DNA of 64,000 nucleotides from the NCBI GenBank assembly GCA_951406725.2, contig OX597814.1, positions 73,532,001 to 73,596,000 on the forward strand, written 5' to 3'. The notes below the pieces were generated by a model. That model did not search any database. It was not told where the DNA came from and was given only the letters and a program-made list of their open reading frames with translations. Positions 55,437 through 64,000 of the stretch are shown piece after piece. Origin of the DNA: Octopus vulgaris (lineage: Eukaryota). Made by a program: the position numbers and the translations under genes. Within the stretch, counting starts at the first letter, position 1; each line of letters begins with the position of its first letter.

Positions 55437-55440
<4 letters not shown>
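54846..55440 (-). mobile_element. Fold-back non-coding element with degenerate long-helix-II hammerhead, in (TA)n
   Basis: IR arms 54948-55187 / 55201-55440, 13-nt spacer; minus strand CTTAC-CTGATTA-(~39 nt)-GAAA-CGTGCG-TC-CGTAGG. Confidence 0.7.
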
Positions 55441-55480
<40 letters not shown>

Positions 55481-55484
<4 letters not shown>

Positions 55485-56835
55485 ATCTCGGCACATATTC
55501 ACTTCCTGTCCCAGGTAGACATATTCCTTTACCTCCTCTATTTCATCACTGCTGATCACCATTCGACCTGTTGGTACGTTGTCTGACCGCATGAACTGCG
55601 TTTTCATGCGGTGCATCTTGAGACCTACTGCAGAGCTTTTGATGTCAAGATCCGTCAGCATGGTCTGAAGCTGATCCGTGGTTTCAGCGATGAGTACGAT
55701 GCCATCAGCGAAACGGTGGTGGGTGAGGAGCTCGCCATTGATGTTGACACCGCCTTGCCAGTCGATGCCTCTAATGATCTGTTCGAGACATGCGGTGAAA
55801 AGTTTTGGGGAGATCGTATCTCCTTGCTTTACTCCCTTCTCGACCGGCACACGTACGGGTGATGACAGTAGAGCTATGTCGGTGGTGCATCCGGAATTTG
55901 CCTCCCTGAGCAGTTGCACATATTGCGCCTCGACTCCTTGCCTCTGCAGCGAGTTCAGCACTGCGTTGGTTTCGACGCTATCGAAGGCCTTCTCATAGTC
56001 TACAAACGCAACGCAAAGAGGCAGCTTGTACTCATTCGCTCGCTCAAGCAGTTGTGTTAGAGTAAATATATGGCCCATCGTGCTGTAGTTATTCCGGAAG
56101 CCGGCTTGTTCCCTCGGTTGTTCGTCGAGATGACGTGATAACCTGTTCAGCATTATCTTTGTAAGCAGCTTGTACACGTGAGACAGCAGGCATATGGGTC
56201 GGTAGTTCTTCTTTTCCTCTGTGACCTTCAAGAGCTTCTCCATCCGGTATGCCTCAAAGTGAATATGTGCCGAGATATCGAAAAGGAGATCTCACAGAGA
56301 GTAAGGGCCGGATGGAAGGCGTTTAATGGCATAAGGAATGTGCTCAAGGGAAAGTTGGACAGGACCACCCGCGCCAACCTCATCAACAGTACAGTTCTAC
56401 CTGCAATGTTATATGGTAGTGAAACATGGGCTACTACAAAGAGAGAAGAGCAGAGACTGGTAATGGCTCAAAGAGCCATGGAAAGGTCAATGCTTGGTAT
56501 CTCGTTGAGAGAGCACATCAGTAGTGAGATTATCAGAAAGAAGTCCGGCGTGAGGGATGTCATCGCAGAGTATACACACAGCAAGTTTAGATGAGCTGGA
56601 CACGTCGCCCGGCTCACCGATAATGGGTGGATCCGCGCAGTTGTCGAGTGGTACCCGCGCGAGCGGAAATGACCACCCAGAAGGCCTCCACGACGGTGGA
56701 GTTACGATTTCAGGAGGACGATTGGAATCACGTGGATGAGAAAGGCGCGATCCATAGAGGAGTGGACAGCGTGCTGTGACCAGCGGTGTAAAATGGACGC
56801 CTGACAGACTGGTTGGTCAAGGTGATCAAGGTGAT
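55481..56835 (+). mobile_element. 5'-truncated RTE-clade LINE with 5' inversion (55481-~56250 inverted)
   Basis: Minus ORF: NYRPICLLS, QAGFR, FVDYEKAFDSV, GVKQGDTISPKLF, RFADG, EYVYLG; plus part continues CRDIEKEISQRVRAGW...LYGSETW; tail (CAAGGTGAT)2. Confidence 0.93.
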
Positions 56836-56955
56836 ATATATATGATTGCCTCGGAGTTTTATTACGACAACCGAATAATATTATATTACAGATAAATTCC
56901 TCTATTTACATAATATCGAGGTCTCTTTCATACTTTGGTTGACTCACCATTACTA

Positions 56956-57017
<62 letters not shown>

Positions 57018-57204
57018 AAATGAGAAAATGGAGAAATATATCTAAATCATTCATCAACTAACAGATAATACCGAATCATATACTTTATTAAAACACTACA
57101 CAAGAGCATTAAGATTAGACATTAATACAGTACAATAATTACAATCAATATAATGAGATATAACTACATAAATATAACAAGATATAAAAATACATATACA
57201 TTAT

Positions 57205-57320
57205 AACTGACAGCTGTTTCGGCCATGCAGATAGGTATGTATCATTTAACCTATATTAGCCATATATTGCAGGTATAAATGAGACATTAACAAGAATATC
57301 TTACGGCCTCTTCGGAGATT
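57205..57320 (-). ncRNA. Hammerhead-like motif with ~80-nt insert in helix II, inside a non-coding element (~57016-57570)
   Basis: Minus: AATCT-CCGAAGA-GGCCGT...ATGGCC-GAAA-CAGCTG-TC-AGTT; perfect palindromic helix III ACAGCTGT. Confidence 0.65.
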
Positions 57321-57571
57321 CTAATGTAAGTATGAGTACATAGCCAAAAATCATTTACATATAAATATAAATATGAGTGCATATATACTCATATCCTTAT
57401 ATATATACACATATACACATACATAATAATATAAATAATATAAATCAATATATATCAATAAACATAATAATGTTCTATATTGAATGTTACAGTTCCTCAA
57501 CCAATGTTAAGAAATTACAACAGATATATTCATACTTAATGCAGACATATATGAACACAACATGTTGTAGT

Positions 57572-58675
57572 TGATGGAGTCCACTCAAGCCCAGCAAAAG
57601 TCACCATCGGTGTCCCCCAGGGGACTGTCTTGGGTCCGCTACTCTTCATAATTTACATAAACGACGTTTCCAGTGTCGTACATTACTGCAAAGTGAAAAT
57701 ATTTGCTGATGACACTAAGCTCCAGCAAATCGTCAATGAAGAAGCAGACCGAACTCAACTCCAGTCTGATCTATATGCTGTGAGTCAATGGGCATACAGA
57801 AACAAAATGCAACTGAACGAGGGAAAATTTGAGCTGATGCATTTTGGAAGAAATTCCTCACTAAAACAGCCATACTCTCTTCCTTCAGGGGAACCGCTCA
57901 CAGCCTCTAACAATATCAGAGACCTGGGTGTAATTGTTGATGACGATCTCAGTTGGAGTGCACACATCAACAAGAAGGTCGATATAGCTCGTAGGATGAG
58001 TTCCTGGATCTTAAGAACTTTCCGGTCCAGAGAACAAGGTGTCATCATACCACTTTTCTCCTTCTTTGTACGGCCACACCTCGAATACTGCTGCCCACTG
58101 TGGTCTCCCCATACAAGACAAAACATCTCGAGGATTGAATCACCCCAGAGGGCACTCACTAAACGAATTGAAGGCATGGCTGCTCTCGATTATTGAGATC
58201 GCCTTAAAGCCTTGAAACTTTACTCTCTCCAGCGTTGCTGTGAGCGGTACATCATTTGTACGATGTGGAGAATATACCGCCAACTTTGCCCAAACGAACT
58301 GAACATTAGCTTCAAGGTTCATCCAAGACTAGGACCACGGGTCATACGACCCCTGCCCAATTCAAGATCACAGCATACATGTACACTGCAACATAATTTC
58401 TTTTCCTCAACAGGCCCTGCCCTATTTAACATTGTCCCAAAAGAGATCAAAGAGGAAAAGGATCCCATCAATTTTAAACGGAGTCTGGATAGATTCCTTC
58501 AAAGAATACCAGATAAGCCATCCATAATTGGATACAACTCACCCAACAAAAACTCACTACTTGAAAGGACCATAAACAAAACCTGACTTAAACAGGATAC
58601 GAATAATCCTATCAGGTGGTGCTATTAAGTTAGACATGGCCTGGACCAATCTTTGGTCGAAACATATCTAAGTTT
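57572..58675 (+). mobile_element. 3' part of CR1/L2/Jockey-group LINE (RT C-terminus + 3' UTR)
   Basis: GVPQGTVLGPLLFIIYIND, FADDTKL, RDLGVIVD, VRPHLEYCCPLWSP; one in-frame stop at 58194. Confidence 0.92.
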
Positions 58676-58682
58676 ATATAAA

Positions 58683-58717
<35 letters not shown>

Positions 58718-58719
<2 letters not shown>

Positions 58720-58887
58720 CGCAGGAGTGGCTGTGTGGTGAGTAGCTTGCTTATTAGCCACATGGTCCGGATTGGTTCAGTCCCACTGCGTGACAATTTG
58801 GGCAAATGTCTTCTACTATATCCCCTGGCCAACCAAAGCCTTGTGAGTGGATTTGGTAGACGGAAACTGAAAGAAGCCCGTCGGATG

Positions 58888-58969
<82 letters not shown>

Positions 58970-59170
58970 TGTGTCTGTGTTTGTTCCCCCAACATCGCTT
59001 GACAACCGATGCTGGTATGTTTACGTCCCCGTAACTTAGCAGTTCGGCAATAGGGACCAGTAGAATAAGTACTAGGGTTACAAAGAATAAGTCCTGGGGT
59101 CGATTTGCTCGACTAAAGGCGGTGCTCCAGCATGGCCGCAGTCAAATGACTGAAACGAGTAAAAGAGTAA
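58718..59170 (+). mobile_element. tRNA-derived SINE family C with internal (TA)/(TG) tract
   Basis: ggcgcaggagtggctgtgtggtg (A box), ggttcagtccc (B box); several copies in window. Confidence 0.85.
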
Positions 59171-59179
59171 AGAGTGAGA

Positions 59180-59232
<53 letters not shown>

Positions 59233-59237
59233 CATAT

Positions 59238-59297
<60 letters not shown>

Positions 59298-59301
<4 letters not shown>

Positions 59302-59452
59302 AAGGCTACTTTCAGTTTCCGTTTACCAAATCCACACGCAAGGCTTTAGTCGGCCCCAGGCTACAGTAGAAGACATTTGCCCAAGGTGCTACGGAGTGAG
59401 ACTGAACCTAGAAGCAGGTAAGCAGTAAGCAAGCTACTTACCATAGAGCCTA
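59298..59452 (-). mobile_element. SINE family C head
   Basis: Reverse complement of 58718-58884. Confidence 0.8.
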
Positions 59453-59455
59453 TAG

Positions 59456-59943
<488 letters not shown>

Positions 59944-60694
59944 ATGATTGAACTCCACGCATTCTCTTCCAAGAAATTTTATCTTAATTCTGATGCGCCC
60001 TCTTTACGATCTTTTTACCCTTCCATTTTCTCTCTTTCTCTCTCTTATTCTTTTACTTTCTCTTCTTCCACTATTCTCTCCTATTACTCTGTCACTTTCT
60101 CTCTCTCTCACTCCTCCTCCGTTGCTCACGTGGCTCCCACGTGACCATCGGCCATCTTTCTTTCCTCCTCTCCGTTGTACCCGGAACAAGGAAGACGTGT
60201 TCTTGCTTGTCTCCTGTCCTAGATTGATTTACGCGTTCGCCACTACAACCTCGTTTAGGCTTAGTAGCCCTTCCTGTTTGTTTACACTGTCCTATTTGTT
60301 TTACATATTTTGACCCTCCGCAAAATCCCCAATTTACTTTGCTAAATGATCGAAATACGAGACTAGAGAAACAACCAACAACTGATGAAGGGTTGTTTTT
60401 TATGTTGTTTGTTTTGTTTTCCATTTGTGTCTTTCGTTGTTCGAAAGAATAGTTCATGTTCCATGAACTCGTGCTTCATACTTTTTGTTGTCCACGTTTC
60501 CTGATGCGCTATGCCCACATATGCATATATATATATATACGTATAGATGTAAGTATGTACATATACGTATGTATATGTATATATATATGCATATATATAT
60601 TATTTACATTATTACATGATTGAACACCACGCATCCTCTTTCAAGTATGTTTTATCTATCTATCTATCTATGTCTCTCCCTCTCTATATATATG

Positions 60695-60763
<69 letters not shown>

Positions 60764-60984
60764 GTATATATATACATATATATACATACATATAAATATA
60801 TATATACATACATATATATATAAATATATGTATACATATACCTACACACATTACATATATATATACATATACGTATATATATACCAGAGCAAGCGCATAA
60901 ATACGAAACAAAGTGGAAAAAAATAGTACTCGAATAGCAGAGGCAGAGTAATATGCTTTATTAAAAAGCAGCAAAAATATCACA

Positions 60985-61030
60985 AAAACTATTACTCAAA
61001 GTTTCACGTTCCCGTTTGTCGGACAGTTTT
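60985..61030 (-). ncRNA. Minimal hammerhead, copy 1 (CCGACAA core)
   Basis: AAAACTGT-CCGACAA-ACG ggaa CGT-GAAA-CTTTGAG-TA-ATAGTTTT. Confidence 0.7.
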
Positions 61031-61678
61031 GTTTAAAATGGAACAAAAATAGAGTTATAAGCAAGCATATTCAATTAGTTTAATGGATACACATTTGAAA
61101 ATGGTTTTGTTTCATTCGTTCTTTCAACTAACGGTTTTTACAATGACCGGTTGCATGCGATGAACAAAATTCGGTATAAAATCATCTTATTATAAATCGA
61201 AAGAAACCTTAAATCAAAAATAGCTTCTAAAGGACAGAGTCAAAATACCCTAGGTAAATAATTTGTAAAATATTAATTTATACATTAAAAGTTATATCCG
61301 TTTAAAAAAATTTCACGTTGGATTACATATACATTCAGCACTATATATCCTCTGAAGAAGCCAAGGGGCACATCCATTATCCAAGTCTTGTCTGTTCATC
61401 CCTGCATAACACTGAAGAGATGGAGATAACCTGGAAGATTTCGTTTCCACGTTGCAGAAAAAGCCGTATGCACCTGCATACCAATTTAGTCTTTCACCAA
61501 TCTGCTTATTTGCTCAATTATACATTTGTTTTTACATGCTTATATGTATTCACACCCTTGTTTGCAGTTACCAGTTTTCTCCACTCGCTAATCTGTACTA
61601 GTCATACATGTGCGTGTATTCATCCAATACATTATATATATATATATACTTTATTTAAAAGCAGCAGAAATATAATAA

Positions 61679-61722
61679 AAGCTGTTACTCTGAGTTTCAC
61701 ATTCCCGTTCGTCGGACACTTT
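61679..61722 (-). ncRNA. Minimal hammerhead, copy 2 (CCGACGA core)
   Basis: AAGTGT-CCGACGA-ACG ggaa TGT-GAAA-CTCAGAG-TA-ACAGCTT. Confidence 0.75.
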
Positions 61723-62485
61723 TGTTAAAATAGAACAGAAATAACGATATGATCAAAACTAGTTAAAGGATGATACACCATTAAATATGGATTTGTTTCA
61801 TTGGTCCTTTCAAATAACGGTCTTAAGCATGCGATAAACAAAATAAACAAAATAAATGAATTCAATATAAATTCATCATATTATAAAAAATCGAGGAAAA
61901 AACTTAAATCGAAGGTCGAGACGAAGTATAATGTAAACAAGGTCACATGTGTATAATAGAATATAACGCAACAGTTACAATATTTAAGTAAAAATTTACA
62001 TACAAGTAGAAAAAACCCAAAGACAACTGAACAAAGAAAAAGCATCAATCATAGACAGAACCGGTCGGTGTATTCAAGATAGTTACCTTACTCGAAAACT
62101 AGCCCGGGGCAGGGGAGACAACCAGAAAAAATAGGAGCAAAAACGAATATATGAAGGAGAAAATTATTAGAAATTGACAAGTGAAAAGACGCAGATACAC
62201 AACACGCGAGGATATACAGTCACACGCATACACAACACACACATGCATACATGCACATACAAGGGTTTAAGTGTAAGAGAAGATTCAATTAAAATAAAGG
62301 AGTACGTATTCATATAAGACTATATATATATACATACATATACTTGAATTCATACACATACACATATACATATGCATACACACATTCATATACATGTATA
62401 TACACATATAGACATAAAACATAAAATGTATTCATGCACAAACACAAAAACATACTAGTAAACACATGCATACAAACCTACATAC

Positions 62486-62519
<34 letters not shown>

Positions 62520-62523
<4 letters not shown>

Positions 62524-63230
62524 CATAAGGGACTAAAGCCATCTGAATATGGCTAGGGACAGGGCAGGGTGGTGGGGGTGTTACTGTTGCATTTAGCCCC
62601 AGGCGAACATCGACGTCACCAGAAAGGCTAGACACCGTCACGGTGTCCTTATCCTGCAAAGGGAGGTAATTCCCCGATGAAGCGGAAACCACACACGGAC
62701 CATGGTTTCAAGGTGTATTGCCTATCGTCGGCGTGTGGTAGGCTTCCGCTTCCTCGACGAATTCTCACTCTGCAGGATATTCATATATAGATTTTCAAGC
62801 AAAATACATTTGCTGATTTCGAAAATCTGTTCGAAAGCAATAATAATTCTCTTTTAGAGAATTATTATTGCTTTCGAACAGATTTTCGAAATCAGCAAAT
62901 GTATTTTGCTTGAAAATCTATATATGAATATCCTGCAGAGTGAGAATTCGTCGAGGAAGCGGAAGCCTACCACACGCCGACGATAGGCAATACACCTTGA
63001 AACCATGGTCCGTGTGTGGTTTCCGCTTCATCGGGGAATTACCTCCCTTTGCAGGATAAGGACACCGTGACGGTGTCTAGCCTTTCTGGTGACGTCGATG
63101 TTCGCCTGGGGCTAAATGCAACAGTAACACCCCCACCACCCTGCCCTGTCCCTAGCCATATTCAGATGGCTTTAGTCCCTTATGTTATCGAGCAGTTACT
63201 GTCTATATCTCTTTTAGAGAATTATTATTG

Positions 63231-63232
<2 letters not shown>
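62520..63232 (+). mobile_element. Non-coding hammerhead mini-element: 669-bp palindrome, 360-bp monomer + 25-bp tandem tail, in (TA)n
   Basis: Arms 62520-62852 / 62856-63188, 3-nt loop, no mismatch seen; tctcttttagagaattattattgct at 62848 and 63208. Confidence 0.88.
62969..63020 (+). ncRNA. Minimal hammerhead (CCGACGA core); mirror copy at 62688-62739 minus
   Basis: ACCACACG-CCGACGA-T AGG caataca CCT T-GAAA-CCATGG-TC-CGTGTGTGGT; palindromic helix III ACCATGGT. Confidence 0.8.
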
Positions 63233-63266
<34 letters not shown>

Positions 63267-63270
<4 letters not shown>

Positions 63271-64000
63271 CATAAATAAGGGCAAACGAAAAAATTTTCA
63301 ATGCCAAATATGCCGAAAAATTGTACATATTATCCATTAACCATTAATTTTTTTACAATCCGCACGCTACTCGAAAAAAGGTCGCGACAGAAATTTCTTT
63401 AAAATTCCATTATTACCATATCGGACCGATTTCAGGGTTAGCTTATAACAGCCCTCCCTTCGTCAGTGACACATGTGGCAAAAGAAATAAATGAGATACT
63501 TACTCATACCCATGGAAGAAGCAAATACTAAGTCATGAGCACAATTAAGTACCCCAGATACATCCAAAATAGAAATACTCCAGCCCATTCGGGACACGTG
63601 CGATTTGAACTGATGCTCTCACAGAGTGAAAGAGTCCGGAAGTGAACGCCTATATTTTTTCGATAAAAATTCTTTTCCAAAAAAAATTTTATCAATGGCC
63701 AGCATATTAAAAAAATACCTTTAAAGGTTAAATTCATAAACAATTCATAAATAAGGGCAAACGAAAAAATTTTCAATGCCAAATATGCCGAAAAATTGGA
63801 CATATTGTCCATTAACCATTAATAGTATCTCATTTATTTCTTTTGCCACATGTATCACTGACGAAGGGAGGGCTGTTATAAGCTAGCCATGAAATCGGTC
63901 CGATATGGTAATAATGGAATTTTTTTAGAAATTTCTGTCGACCTTTTTTCGAGTAGCATGCAGATTGTGAAAAAATTAACGGTTAATGGACAATATGTCC
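63267..64000 (-). mobile_element. Non-coding hammerhead mini-element (475-bp monomer + partial tandem + inverted segment, runs off window)
   Basis: 63267-63348 repeats at 63742-63823; 63824-64000 is the inverted copy of ~63320-63500. Confidence 0.85.
63417..63472 (-). ncRNA. Hammerhead with canonical CUGACGA core; inverted copy at 63852-63906 plus
   Basis: GTGTCA-CTGACGA-AGGG agggctgttataagctaa CCCT-GAAA-TCGG-TC-CGATAT. Confidence 0.8.

Noticed and set aside
61349-61472. CTGAAGA...GAAAAGCCGTA as a long-helix-II hammerhead
   Set aside because: No closing helix II or helix I pairing visible
62432-63279. Two ORFs with identical N-termini (MVSASSGNYLPLQ...) on opposite strands
   Set aside because: Consequence of the palindrome; GTG starts, no recognisable domain, run into (TA)n

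Overview
AT-rich, repeat-dominated animal genomic DNA. The SINE/LINE repertoire and microsatellite load look like an octopus/coleoid cephalopod (inference, not proven). Only one intact host gene is visible: a rhodopsin-class GPCR with an intronless CDS (50232-51830, minus) on a histamine-H3/H4/muscarinic-like scaffold, whose amine-binding Asp3.32 is replaced by Arg. The rest is decayed mobile DNA (L1/Tx1, R4/Dong-like RLE LINEs, RTE, CR1/L2-group LINE, three IS630-Tc1-mariner elements, a Helentron-associated element, tRNA-derived SINEs, Penelope remnants) and microsatellites. Almost all other ORFs in the supplied track are microsatellite or antisense artefacts. The main unexplained structure is a set of mutually unrelated, short NON-CODING elements (monomers of 360, 363, 401 and 475 bp, plus partial ones) with one shared architecture: [inverted 5' segment][monomer][partial tandem repeat]. 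They mostly sit in (TA)n tracts and each carries a minimal type-I hammerhead-ribozyme motif with a palindromic helix III. Several cores are non-canonical (U3-A8 covariation, U4C, very long helix II). They look like a diverse radiation of Penelope-mobilised, retrozyme-like (possibly circular) RNAs. All alignments and folds were made by eye; edges of decayed repeats are approximate.
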